From the NCBI GenBank assembly GCA_965240325.2, contig OZ251232.1, forward strand, positions 992,001-1,056,000: a stretch of DNA of 64,000 nt. The letters run 5' to 3'. The notes under the pieces were generated by a model, which worked only from the letters and a program-made list of their open reading frames with translations, was not told the origin of the DNA and did no database searches. This document shows, piece after piece, positions 1 through 13,200 of this stretch (the stretch's first letter is position 1; the number at the start of each line of letters is the position of its first letter). Origin of the DNA: Rebecca billardiae RCC1528 (Eukaryota; Protista; Haptophyta). The translations under genes and the position numbers were made by a program.

Positions 1-569
1 GGTCACGGTGCGCGAGGCTGGCGCGCATAGCACCCAATGGTCTTTATTTATTCTATATTACTGCCCATTCCCCCCCGCGCGTTCGCTTGCTCGGACGCTT
101 GGCGGCCGCCCCGGCGCGTGCGCGGACGGCGTGCGCCGACGCAGCTTGGCTGTGATCGCTGTGCCACTACGAAAGTAAGCTGGCGCGGCTGCGCCAGGGC
201 CGGCGGCGGCGCGGCGGAGGACCAGTCACGCCGGCCGAAGGGCTATATAGAAACGGGCTTTGCTGAAGAGAGTCAGTGGCTGCATGGTAGTCCCATGCGC
301 ACTGGTTCAAGGCACGGCTGCACTGTGCACACGTCGGCACGACTGCTGACTGCTGTCGCCTGCCGCCCGCGACCGGCCGACGACCGCGGTGATCATGATC
401 AGCTGCTGCTGATGGGCCGAACCGCGGCCGCGTGCACAGGCTGGGGCGGGACGGCCCGCGGCTGCGGACGCGGCGGCTGGCGGCGCAGTCGGCGCCGGGA
501 GCGGGCATGCAGGCCGACAGCTGCGCGCGCCCACACTGCCCAACGCGCGCCATCCTCCTCCAGGCCTCC

Positions 570-2339
570 CTAGATGCGGAGGGTCCCGCCGTCGCGGCCA
601 CTGCCTTCCCAGGCCTGTTTGATGACGGCATTCTGAGCAGCGCTCAGCTTGTTGCCCCTGTGTGCACAGTGGAGGCACGCCGAGGGGAGGGGAAGCGCGG
701 AGAGGCGAGCGCCGCGCTCGCGCGAGGTGGGGTGGGCAGTGTCAGCCCACGCCGCTGCGCACCACACGCCGCGCCGTGCACCGCACCGCACCGCACCGCT
801 GCGCGCGCGCCGCCACACGCCGACTGCCGAGGGGCGGCGCGCGCGCCCCGCGGCGAGTGCGCCGGGCGCTGCCGCAGCCTCGCGCGACGGCGCTGCTGCG
901 GCGCCGTGCGCGGGTGCTCGCACGTGCGCGCGATGCGCACGGCGCGCGAGCCCCCCCCCCCCACCCCCCCTTCCGCTCGCGCCGCGCGCCGCCTCCCTCG
1001 CCGCGCCGTGCATGCGCGTACCCCAGGTGGAGCACCTGCAGCTTGGTGTTGGTGCGGAGCGCCTCCGCCAGCGCTGTGCCGGAGACGTCCGTCAGCTGGT
1101 TGTAGCTGTGTGCACAGCGGAGGCACGCCGAGGGGAGGGGAAGCGCGGAGAGGCGAGCGCCGCGGTCGCGCGGGGTGGGGTAGGCAGTGTCAGCCCACGT
1201 CGCACCGCACCACGCACCGCCCACCGCACCGCACCGCACCGCTGCGCACGCGCCGCCACACGCCGAGGGGCGGCGCGCGCGCCCCGCGGCGAGTGCGCCG
1301 GGCGCTGCCGCAGCTTCGCGCGACGGCGCTGCTGCGGCGCCGTGCGCGGGTGCTCGCACGTGCGCGCGATGCGCACGATGCGCGAGCCCCCCCCCACCGC
1401 CCCTTCCGCCCGCGCCGCGCGCCGCCTCCCTCGCCGCGCCGTGCGTGCGCGTACCCCAGGCCGAGCCACTGCAGCTTGGTGTTGGAGCGGAGCGCCTCCG
1501 CCAGCGCTGTGCCGGAGACGTCCGTCAGCGTGTTGTCCCTGTGTGCACAGCGGAGGCACGCCGAGGGGAGGGGAAGCGCCAAGAGGCGAGCGCAGCGGAC
1601 GCGCAGGGTGGAGTGGGCAGTGTCAGCCCACGCCGCTGCGCAGCACGCGCCGCGCACCGCACCGCACCGCACCGCACCGCACGCGCCGCCACACGCCGAG
1701 GGGCGGCGCGCGCGCCCCGCGGCGAGTGCGCCGGGCGCTGCCGCAGCCTCGTGCGACAGCGCTGCTGCGGCGCCGTGCGCGGGTGCTCGCACGTGCGCGC
1801 GATGCGCACGGCGCGCGAGCCCCCCCCCCCACCACCCCTTCCGCCCGCGCCGCGCGCCGAACCCCTCGCCGCCCCGTGCGTGCGCGTACCTCAGGTAGAG
1901 CTTCTGCAGCTTGGTGTTGGTGTGGAGCGCCTCCCCCAGCGCAGAGATGTCCGTCAGCTGGTTGCCGCTGTGTGCACAGCGGAGGCACGCCGAGGGGAGG
2001 GGAAACGGAGAGAGGCGAGCGCGGTGGTTGCACGCGGTGGAATGGGTGGTGTGAGTCCACGCCGCTGCGCACCACGCACCGCGCACCGCACCGCACCGTC
2101 CAGCGCCATGCTGAGCGCGCGCTGCCGCACCGGCCGCGTGCGCCGCCCGCCGTGGGGTGACGCGCGATGTGGGGCGCGCGCCGGGCGCTGCCGTAGCCTC
2201 GCGCGACGGCGCTGCTGCGGCGCCGTGCGCGGGTGCACGCGCGGTTGCACGCGCTGCACACGGCGCGCGGCCCGTCCTTCCCCCACTCCACCGCACGCGC
2301 CGCCCGCCGCCCCCCTCGCCCCACCGTGCGTGCGCGTAC
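570..2339 (-). repeat. Tandem exon+intron LRR cassette array of gene A (~430-nt unit)
   Basis: Three internal LRR exons (78, 84 and 84 nt) and a cap exon, separated by four highly similar introns. Confidence 0.92.
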
Positions 2340-4297
2340 CTCAGGTGGAGCGTCTGCAGGCGGCAGCTGTCCGCCCGCAGCGCCTGCGACAGCAGCCGCA
2401 CGCACTCGCCGTCCACGCCCGTCCCGTCGAGATCGAGCTTCGTCAGCTTGGCACTGTGCGCGGCGAGGTGCGCGATCGCCTGCGCGTGCGCCGCCACCGC
2501 CGTCTTCTTCTCCCACTCCGCCTCCTCCAGCCCCATCAGCGCATCTGCTGAGCCCACGCCCACAACTCGTGCGAGCGCCTCGAGCTCCTCCGCAGAGGCA
2601 CGGACTGGAGGCGACGCCGCGCGCGGCTGCTCCTCAGCGGCGCGGACGGGTGGTGGCGCCGCCGCGCGCGGCTCTGCGGCGTTCAGCGTCTCGACGAGCT
2701 CGGTGGCACTGGGTCTGAGCACGTATTCCGTTCGCACGCATCGCTCCTTCAGGCGGCGGAGTGCCCTTGGCGTGCCGGCTGGCAATCCAACCTTGGCCGG
2801 TGCGTTCGGCTGCTGCTGCGTGAGCAGCACCTCGACCAGCACGCCAAAGCTGAAGATGTCGGCCTTCTCGTTCGCGCGGCCAGCCATCGCCTCTGGCGCG
2901 GCATATCCTGGCGTTCCCCCTGCCTGCGACACGAACGATCGCGACATGGTGCGCGCCAGCCCCACATCTGCGAGCTTGGCCAGGCTGTAGTCCTCGTTGA
3001 GGAGCACGTTAGCCGGCTTGACGTCGTAGTGCACCACGGGCGGCTCGAGCGTGTGCAGGTAGTGCAGCGCGTACGCCACGTGCAGCGCGATGCGCTGCCC
3101 GCCCGCCGCCCAGGCCACGCGCGTCGGCTCAATCGCGAGCGCGTCGCTCAGGCTACCGCCGCCCATGCGTTCGGTGATAATCATCATATTCTCCGGCTCG
3201 TCGCACGCGCCGTACAAGACCACGATGTGCGCGTGCCGCAGCTGGTGCAGCATCCCCACCTCGCGCTCAAACTCGCGGCGCGCTTCGGACCCCGCGGCGT
3301 TCAGCCGCTTCACTGCGACGGGCTGCGCGATGCGCAGCCGCGCCGCGTACACGCGCCCAAAGCCGCCGCTGCCGAGCAGCACCTCGCCGCCATCCGCGCC
3401 GCGCTCGATCTCGACCTCGGCCGGGTGCACGTACCACTGCTGACGCGGCGCTGGCGCGGGCAGGCTGTTCACGCCGGCACCATGATGCTGCGCAGCGCCG
3501 GCAGCGCCGCGCTCGGCGAGGCGGTGGTAGCGCGCACACGCGTCCGCGTCCTCTCGCAAGTAGATCTCGCCAGGCCGGTGCATCACGTCGACGACGTGCG
3601 CGCTGCCGTCGACGTGCACCGCGTTCCACGCGTGCGCTCCAGCGGACACCCTCCCCGCGAAGTCGCCGCGCACCAGCGCGCACTCGATGCCCTCCGCGTC
3701 GCACAGCACCTTGAAGAGCAGCGCGCGGTGCCGGCACACGCCTAGCGAGATGTCACCGAGCGGCACGAGCATCGAGCCCCTCTCCTGCACGAGGGCGTTG
3801 ATCTCTTGGTTGGACTGCTCGACAAGATCGTCCGTCAAGCCCCCGAGCCGCTCGGACACGTGCGCGCCCAGCACCTTGATGCGATCGCGCATGTCCGTGA
3901 TGGGCTGCAGCCGATAGCGAGCTTCCTCGATGCAGTCGCGCAGGGACGCGTCGATGCGTGTGTCGACCACGAGCACCTCGCGGCCGCCGGGCGCGCCAGC
4001 GGGACGGCGAGCAAGATCAGCTGGTGCGGGTAGCGCAGCATCACGGGCCATCCGGCCGGCGTCGACGAAGCCGTCGCCCACGCGCGTGTCGAAGTCGAGC
4101 TTGTGCTCGTTGAAGTACCGCTCGGCGCTGGGCGCAAGGGGCAGCACGAGCACACGGTCGAGCCCGACCTCGCCGATCGCGCTGCCTGGAGCAAGCACGA
4201 GTCGGTCATCGCCGATGCACGCGCTCACGCGCGCACGGGCACCGCTGCCGACGATCACCACTTCCTTCCCGACGAGGCTCTCAGGGGACATCATCAC
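570..4297 (-). CDS. LRR-cassette gene A: EDR1/CTR1-like (transglutaminase-fold) domain + Ser/Thr kinase + RI-like LRRs; exons complement(570..657,1022..1105,1455..1538,1890..1967,2340..4297)
   Basis: EDR1-type motifs GVCRHRALLFKVLCD/HAWN/VVDVM; kinase motifs LGSGGFGRVY, VAVK, HYDVKPANVLL, ADVG, GTPGYAAPE. GT(ACGC)...CACAG phase-2 introns of 349-372 nt. Splicing gives in-frame LxxLxLxxNxL repeats ending KQAWEGSGRDGGTLRI*. Confidence 0.88.
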
Positions 4298-4530
4298 AGT
4301 TCGCGACTCTAGAGGTAACTACTTACTACCGACGAAGCTCTCGAGAGTACGGTAGTAGTGGTGGAACTTAGAGTAGTATCAGACCTGCTTTGCGTCATTG
4401 TTTCGCCCCATCAGGGAATCAACCTGGAGCCTCGAACCCCAAGTTGGCCGGCGCCGCCACGACGCCCGCAAAGTGGCTGAAGTGGCGTGCGGCCTCGCCT
4501 CGGGTCCGCGCTGGCGAAGGCGGAGGCTTT

Positions 4531-4780
4531 GTGACGGTGCGCGAGGGGGGCAGGCCTGGTAGCACCTAATGGCCCCTCAGCTGACGCGCATGGCTCGCCG
4601 CCGTCACTCAGTGGCCTCTTCAGCGCCCAATCCGCCCAAACTGTGTTTGTGTGACTTCAGTGCGTTCGCTTGCGGCTCACGCTTCATCTGCAAGGGCCAG
4701 ACGCAGGATCTGTGAAGAGAGAGCTTCGTCTATGCTAGCCGAATGCGCACTGCTGGTTCAAGGCAGAGCACAAGCGCTTG
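4531..4780 (+). repeat. Diverged direct copy of sequence at ~1-330, the downstream flank of gene A
   Basis: Shared blocks in the same order: ACGGTGCGCGAGG, TAGCACC-AATGG, GCGTTCGCTTGC, TGAAGAGAG, ATGCGCACTG, CTGGTTCAAGGCA. Confidence 0.55.
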
Positions 4781-5430
4781 TCGCGGACAGAAGCGGACGC
4801 GGCGGTAGCCGTAGGCAACGACGTTGCGTGGCTTTGGCGCGGTCGGTCGGCCCCTGTGACACTGACAGACAGTCGAGTGCCGCGGTGCTCGGATCAGCAA
4901 ACGACGAAGAAAGATGCGATCCTTTTGACCCCTACGCGTAGTGAGGCCCGCGCGGCGCGGGCTGCACGCTGCGCACCGCTCCGCCCTGCACCGCGGGCCA
5001 TATTGTTGAAAAACAAAATCAGCAGTCTGACACTACTATACACTCACTTCTATACAGCAGCAGTCAAATCATACGCGCGGAATGAGTCTATCTCTTCGGT
5101 ACCCATGGTGAAGCCCCGGTCCCGGGGCTTCGTGCATGGCGGCACTTCGTTCGAGCCTCCGCCGCGAGGCATAGAAGCTAGTGCGTCGGTGGGGATCCGT
5201 TGCTGGGCATGTTGCGCATATGTAAGTTCCCGCGTCAGACTAATAGTCAGTCTGCTGACTATAAGACAGACGAGCTGAGAAGCCAGAGGCGCTGTACTCG
5301 GCTAGCAGCAGCCCTGGTGCCGACACGCCCACTGTACGGAGTAACTACCTGCGCTGCCGCCACTCAGACAGTTGTGCATCATGCACTCGTCTATATATCT
5401 CTCTCTCTCTCTCTATAGATATAATTAATA

Positions 5431-6717
5431 ATGACCGCGTTCCGCGGTCCTTTTCTGCATAGAATCAACGCAGTTGGGGGCCCGCGGTGGCCGTGCAATC
5501 GCGGCTCTCCGCCGTAGTGGCAGTTCGCCAGTTGAAGTCGGTTCTGAGATGACTGAAGCTATATTAGTCCGACCGTCGCCCTGCCTGCGCGACCGCGAGA
5601 CTCATTCACACTTCACACAATCACAGCAGCGGACCTGAGACCGCACCCGGCACCGGTCGTCAAATCGGACGTCCGTCTGACAACTAGCTGCCAAATGTCC
5701 AACTGGCTGAGCAGCTCGGATCCGACCCGTCCGCGATCGTGCCATCGGCATCGGAATTACTACTAGTAGCTGCCAAACTGTGTCCAACTCTGGCTGATCA
5801 GCTCGGATCCGACCCGTCCGCGATCGTGCCGAGTGAGTCGTGCCGCGGAGCTCGGAGTACTGAAGGAGTCGGGTGTGACAGCAGGGTGCTTTAGCGCTGC
5901 GGCCCGTGCCAGCCAACGACCAGACGTACTCTGGCCACTTGACCCGTTGCACGGGTGAGTGACCGTACGCCCTGCCTAGTGCCTACCGCGCGCGCCGCGC
6001 GACCGGCGACTCGGGGTGATGGAGAGCGGATGGCGACAGCAGCAGCAGTCCTCATGAAGACGATGAAACTGACGGCACGGGTGCACGAGGTGGCAGGCGA
6101 AAGCGCGCCGACGAGACCGCATTTGACACACCTGAGCCGCACGCGCGTGCCGTCGCCGAGCGGCGAGCGCTGCAAACGCGCAACCGTACCGCGCGCGCCA
6201 CGACGGCGCGGCACTAGCTGATGCAGGCCGTACTGCCGGCACTGCTTCTGCGATCATGCGCCACGGTCGCAGCTGACTGCGTGAGCAGCAAGCGGGAGGC
6301 GGGTCCGGAGGCACGTGCAGGCGCCGTCCCGCATATCCGCCATCGCCCATCGTGCCGGGGCACGTCACCTCCGACGATCCGGATGTGGCCCAGTCCGGAC
6401 GTCACTCGATCCGGGAAGACGAGTACGATTCGCTCGTAACGAACCGTTACACTAATGTCACGTCCAGCTGACGTCCAGATCGCACTTTACTTAAGGGAAT
6501 CAGCTGGGCGCGGTTTTTTTGGCCTGATAGACCTTTCAATGCGATCTCAAAAACTCGAAACTCGGTCTCCGCCAGCCCTAAAAATCGCCCCCCGTCCCTT
6601 TTTTTCCGCCGCCCCCCGTCCCTTTTTTCTTGATCAAAGATCTTTTTGAAACGTATGGTTCGGGCCCGCTGGTGCGGGCTCCACGCTGCGCGCTCCGCCC
6701 TGCACCGCGGGCCATAA
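5431..6717 (-). mobile_element. Non-autonomous Helentron/Helitron2-like element, copy 1
   Basis: Both ends match the element at 61281-63161 in opposite orientation. It has the terminal TATGGCCCGCGGTG, a subterminal inverted copy of GGCCCGCGGTG and the terminal hairpin GACCGCG-GAA-CGCGGTC. An internal ~60-nt direct repeat lies at 5683-5830. Confidence 0.6.
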
Positions 6718-6768
6718 CAGCACTTGACAGCATCACAGGAGTTCACGTAGTCTATATATATATATATA

Positions 6769-7269
6769 TGTCAAAAGCCCAAGGCAGCCATTGGCGCCAT
6801 TCCCCAGCTCGAGGTTTCAATCTCAAGGCGCTGAGCAATTCTAAGCGCCACCATGCTGAGGCTTCATTCCAATTCAAAACCTTATCATCGACCTCAACTG
6901 TCGGTTTTATTCACGTCCAGTGCACCAATTCATTCATCATCATTCATCGTGCATTTCATAATGGCCAACAAGCGTCGCGGAACAATCCAGGAATCAAAGC
7001 TCCTGAGATGTTCTCAAGCCTTCGCAGGGCAATGCACTATCAGATCATTCCGAGAACGTGCCTTCGCAATCAGAAGCCGAGAAGCATCTCCAAACTTTCT
7101 AATCACGAAAGTTCTGAGATAAGTCCTTCTTGAGAACCCTACAAAGGTTTTTCTCAGCGATCTGGAGCCACACCAGCAACAAAACCGAACTGATCAGCAA
7201 GCAGCAGGGAGACCCCTGCGCCACCATCGCCAAAGAGCGAACCTCCGCCAGCGCACGAAGTGCCAATCA
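6769..7269 (+). repeat. 5' LTR
   Basis: TGTCAAAAG...GCCAATCA; no differences seen by eye against 13978-14478. Confidence 0.96.
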
Positions 7270-10200
7270 TGAGCTCATGGGAGCTTCGCGGCGGACAACG
7301 TGGGAACACACCGCGCGGACGCGCGCGGTTTCACCCGAACTCGAAGGTCGACATCCGCGAGGATTTGACCAACAACAACAACATCGTACCGGCGATGCGG
7401 GACGCACAGCGCCAATCGCACCGCACCGAATACTCTCGACCTCCCCAGCTGTCGCAAGGCAAGTGGACGCGTACCCCGATCCACTGGCAGCGCTCATTCG
7501 AGAACCTCGACTCCCGCTTCGGACCTTCCCAGCGGATCGAGCAAGATCCCAACCGAGTCAACGGCCGCTACGGTGACGACGCCGAGCGCCGCCGAGAACC
7601 AAGGGACGTGCGCCGCAAGCGGCGCCACCACATCGAAGTACCTGAAGGCGAGTCGCGACGCCCGGAGCACTTCGGGTCACACATCCACGTGCCCCCGCAG
7701 TGGGACCCGTCCCAGCCGCTCCAGCAGCTGGACCACAACAACCAAGCCCAGCGGCGCGCGGTCGACCGACACGCGCCGATCGAGCAGAGCGCCGCCGCGC
7801 CGCGCGCCGCGCCAACTTACTCCATGACGACCCCCAGCGCGCAGACGCAACAGGGAGGATCGCTGGAGTTCGAGCCGTCCCCATATCCCCAGCAGCGCCG
7901 CGGAGCGCGGGGATGGAGCGGGCCCTCCAAGCCCATGGCGGAATGTTGGGCGTCGCCCACGTTCCAGCCGAGCTGCGACAACCTGTCGTCGTCCACGCTC
8001 TCACCGACACCGACCGACGGCGATTTTGGGACGTCTTCCACGATGGCGGCGCGACCCGGACTCACCAGTCGCGACGACCAGCCGACAAGCTTTGTCGCAG
8101 CACCGGGGCCATCGCCGCCGGTGGGCGCGACGCCCCACCTCTCCATCAGCAGCCTCGTCCCAGACTTCCAGGAGCTGCTCAAGGACTACCCCTTCGACAC
8201 GGGGCAGATCCCCCACGATCCCGGACAGCGGATGCAGCCAGTCGAGGCGATCGCACCGGAGCTCGAGTACCTCGGCGACTCGCCGGGCGATCTGGTGAGC
8301 ATCGATGAGGTCGTCGCCGCGCTCTACGAAGTGGCCCTCATGGGCATCAACGAGCCCGACCAGAAGCCGATGGACGTCGTGGAGAGCTTCTTCCACGACA
8401 TGGGAGGTACGCGCAGCGCTCCGACTAACCACTCCCACACCATCCTGTGCTGCAGCAAGGCAGCATGGGAACAAGATGCCCGCGATCGGCATCGCATGTC
8501 CTCATTGTTGTCCACTTACCCCCTCCTGTCTGCCAGCAGCTGGTACGGTGTGAGCGAGACCTTCGACTGCATCATCCCAGAGATCCCGTCGCGCAAGAAC
8601 CTGGGCAACGGCATCTACAGCAGCCAGTGGAGTGAGATTGACACCGATGATCCAGAGTCGTGCCAGCCATGCGACAATCAGTCGTGCACATCGAGGCATT
8701 GCCTTCTTGAGTGCAACATCTGTGGGATGGGCAGAGTCTGCAGCTACCGATGCGCAGACGCCATCCAGGTTCAGCATCAGCTCGAATGTGAGCAGATCAT
8801 CCAGTTTGCAGCGATGAACGATGGGATTGACATCGATGATGATGGCATTCACGTCCACCAACAGGACGGACCCGTCGCAGCGGCTGATCGCCGCAGCCTG
8901 AGCGTCGTGAATGACGCAGGCGCCAGCCTCGATGATATTTGCCCTTGGCGGCCATCTAAACGATGCACTATCTACTCGGGAGGCTTCATCGCAGCAGCCG
9001 CAGAGCGGCATCAAGGTCACAACTACACAGTTGGAGACTATGTGCGGGAAAGGGACGAGCTTCACCAAAGCAAGTTTGATCTCATGTTCCATTGTAACGA
9101 CGCACTCCTACAGCCAGGTGTCGCATGCTTACTGCACGACGAGTTCTATGGGCTGACTTCTGAAGCAGGCGAGGGACACTCGCCAGCTGACGACGGTCCA
9201 CCTGGACATGGCACAAACTACCCGCCTGCCGCGACTGGCGCCGACAACAGCGCACAGCAGAGCAGCGATGGGGACGAGTCCTCTACGTCGGACATTGACA
9301 GCTATACCACAGCAGAGGACCACATTGAGACAAGCTCGCCCCACGCGTCACCGCGAACGCGCAGAAATGGAAGCGAAGCTTGCACCTACTTGCCCGACGC
9401 ACATGCAATGATGGCTGTGCAGACAAGCCAGCTCGGCGTCGGAAGCTACAAGCTGAATTTCTTCACAATCAAATCGAAAATGGCTATCCACGGAGCGATC
9501 AAGGACGCAGTCACCGAGGTCAAGGCTTCCTACAAGGGAAGAGCGACCGACACTACGTCGTCCATGGTCACCCTCGTCGAGGCCAGGCTCTCCGGATACG
9601 CGCTGGCCGAGGCAGCCGTGTGGACAGCCGAAAATGCTATTCGGGAACCTTACGCAACCGCATTCGCAAACATGGACGCGGACACCACCATCATGCAGAT
9701 GACGATCGTCTACGAGCGATCGGTGGAAGTACTTTTCAAGCGTATCAAGGACATGATGCTGCCAAGTCTCTTTTCGTACCTCGAGTCGAAACGGCACATC
9801 GTGAACCCGAATGAGAATTTCCTGAATTTACATACTCTGCTCGAAATCTTCGAGCACGAGCTGAACGTATCGACCATGTCGGAGCTCCGAGCTGAGTTCA
9901 AGAAGCTCTACCCGGACCGACCGACCCCGGTGAGCGGCCCTGAGATGATCAAGCAAACGGTGGAGATGGTACGCGCATCACGCTATCGAGAGCTAGACGA
10001 CGCCACACTCCTCGTGTTCAAGCTGTACAACGGGATGCACGAGCACCCAGAGGTCTACTCGACCGTCATCTCTATTTACGGTTCAATGTCGCCCCAGCAA
10101 TGCGTGGCGCAGACCGAACAGCTCACCGCCCAGATCGAGGACGCATACAGGCGTTGGACTCAGTCGCCCAAGGGACGACAGGCAACGCAACGTGACCCCA

Positions 10201-13200
10201 AGCGGGGCGGTCCCGCGCACGCTCTCAATACTGAGGAGGCGGACCGCCGACAACCAGCCGTCACGTGCTCGCACTGCGGGCTACGCAATCACACCGCAGA
10301 GCGGTGCTGGAAGCTACATCCAGACTTGCGGCCACCCAGGCCGCCCGGTGCACCAAAACAGGGCAACTTCAAGCCGCCCGCCAAGCCCGGCGGGCGTGAC
10401 GGCAAGTTCATCAAAGTACCTCCGCCCCCCAAGCGGGCGGGGAGGCCGCGAGCCCAGATGATGCAAGACGAGGACATCGACCCGGAACCCGATGACGCAG
10501 ATCTCGAGCCGACGCAATACGCGTATCTGGACTCGGGCGCGTCCCAATCATTTGTCGATATCAACCTCGGCCTGCTACACAATGCTCACCCGATCAGCAT
10601 GTCTGTCAAGGTCGCCAAGCGCGACATTGAGCTACACGCATCCAAGGCAGGCGACATGTACGTATACTTACTCGACGCCGACTCAGACACAACCGTGCCG
10701 GTGTGCCTGGAAAACGTAGTCGGAGTCGAAGATCTCGATACTACTCTCTTTTCAGTCAACGCGTTCGCCGCGGCCGGAATGGCTGTGGTGTTCGACGAAC
10801 GACCATACATCCGCATCGGCCCCAAGAGGGTTCATTTGCGCCCCGACAACACTGTCGGATTCAAGGCAGTCGTACCCAAGGCCGAGACAGCCATGCCCGC
10901 CACCGCGGACGACATGCCACCAGACGTCGACCCGATCAAGAACGGGCGAAAGATCACGCTCTGGCAATCCAGACTAGGATACGCCGATATCAAGCGTGTA
11001 CGCGCAACCTACCGCGCGAACGACAAGATGTCGGAGGCATCGCCCTGCACGTACCAGCCCTCCGACGTTGCCAAGTTCAAAGCTAAGCCGTTCCCGGGCA
11101 CACGTGAGAGGACAACTCGACCGCTCGAGATGCTCCACAACGATGTCATCGGGCCCATCAACGGGCTGCCCGCCAAGACTCCAAGGTGGGGAACTCTATT
11201 CATCGATGATTTTTCCGGATACATGCGCTTCTACGACATGCAAAACAAGGCTGAAGCGCCGGAGAAGCTCGACCTCATGGCCAGCGAGATGGGAGCCAAC
11301 TCTCTATCCGCCACCATGCAGAACAAGGGCATCGCCGGATGCACCATTCACCTCGACGGAGGCCGAGAGTTACACTCAAAGAATTGGAACCGAGTCCTTC
11401 GCAGGTACGACATGCTATGCAACTACATGTCGCCCCCCCACACGCAGCAGCTGAACGGCGTCGCCGAACGTGGCCTCGGAGTCATCATGAATGACGCCAG
11501 GACAATGCTGTACCTCTCAGGCGTACACCACAAATGGTGGCATTGGGCAGCCAAGTGCGCTGCCGCGCAACGCAACCTGATGAGCAAGCATCCTACCAGC
11601 GATGGCAAGCTGGTTTCACCGCACGAGTTGATGTTTGGCACCTCGCCCGGGCCATTCCTGCAAAAGCTGAGAGTCTGGGGCTCGCCCTGCATCTACCTCG
11701 TACAGTCGATCAACAAGCAGAACAAGCTACTCCCGCGCGCGCGGGAGGGCATCTTATTGGGATACGGATTTGACGGTATCTTCGAGCGAGGCGCCATCAA
11801 GCGATCGCACGGATACATCGTTTTGAGTGCCGACGACGGGAAAATCGTCATCACTCGGCATGTCAAGTTCAACGAGCAAGTCATTTTGGATCGAATCTCT
11901 ACGCATTTCAAGGAGATCCGCGAAATTCGGGACCCCCTGCTGGCGTGGAGCGCTCGGCGACCTCCTCAAGGTGCAGATGCTGGTAAGACCCATGACAGCA
12001 ACACCATCGAGGAGGGCGACGAAGAGTTTGCCAGCAGCAGCAGCGACGCCGACAGCGGCTCCGAGCGCGGAGGAGACGATCCACCACCGCCGGACGAGAA
12101 ATCAGACGACGATGACGACGAGGATGACGGGGACGGCCCCGACGACGACGAGAAGGGAGATGACGGCGACGACGACGGTGATGAAGACGGCCCCGGAGCT
12201 GGAGGCGGACCATCGCCCAGCAACGCGCCGCCGCAGCCGAAGCAGCCTCCTCCCTCCGCCGATCGTCGCCCACAGCGGACCCGCAACATGACTGGCAAGT
12301 CATACTTCCCGTCGACGCGGCGCGCGCGCGCGCGCGCGCAGCTCGCGCAGCTCGCATCAGATATCCCGGTACCTACATCGTTCAAGGAAGCGATGGAGAG
12401 CAAGCAAGCATCCGATTGGACAAGGGCTATCATGGAAGAATACGAGGCCCACGACAGACTGGGCACATTCACGCCCGTCGTTGTTCCCAAAGGGAAAGCA
12501 ATTATCCCATCGAAGCTGGTCTTCAAGGTCAAAGCCAATCCAGATGGTACCATCGAACGGTACAAGGCAAGATTGGTTGGTCAAGGCTTCCGCCAGATTC
12601 AAGGAGTCAATTACGACGAGGTGTTCTCGCCTACTATCCGGTACGAGAACGTACGCCTCCTATTGGCACTGACGACGGAGCTACGAACACCAGAAAGACC
12701 TTGGATCGTCCACTCCGCGGACGTGAGTACGGCGTACCTCCAAGCCCCTTTGGAGGACGGCCTGAAGATCTACACTACGCTACCCCCGCTGTACCCGTGT
12801 ACTCTCAAGCCACCCGAGGGGCATGTGGTCGCGGCCGACTGGGATATGGCCCTTCCAGGATTTAAGCAGAGCGGCCGACGATGGCACCTCCGCCTCAGCC
12901 AGAAACTGCGAGAGAAAGGATTCAAGAAACTCGCACAGTCGGAGTGCATCTTCGTCCGCATCTCCGGAGACATCATCGACGTCATCGCAGTGTACGTGGA
13001 CGATCTGCTTATTCTGAGCAGCTCCCCCGACAGCGCAAGGCCCAGCTCGATTATTGAGGAAATTCGAAAAGAATTTACCCTCCGGGATTTGGGACCAGCA
13101 ACGACGTTCCTGGGCATGAATATCACCCAGGGGCCCAAGTCGACGACTATCTCCATGTCACAGTACATCACCGATCTCCTCAAGAGGCACGACATGAGCG

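Noticed and set aside
432-2551. Long Arg/Ala/Pro-rich ORFs across the cassette arrays (also 17284-20427 and 43241-46153)
   Set aside because: Stop-poor GC-rich introns and antisense frames; the spliced model explains the sequence.
5110-5131. Perfect hairpin GAAGCCCCGG-TC-CCGGGGCTTC as a terminator or element end
   Set aside because: Eukaryotic context, no U-tract, and no matching element boundary found.
6853-7133. ORFs repeated at 6.6-7.1 kb and 14.0-14.3 kb
   Set aside because: They lie inside the LTRs and have no recognisable motifs.
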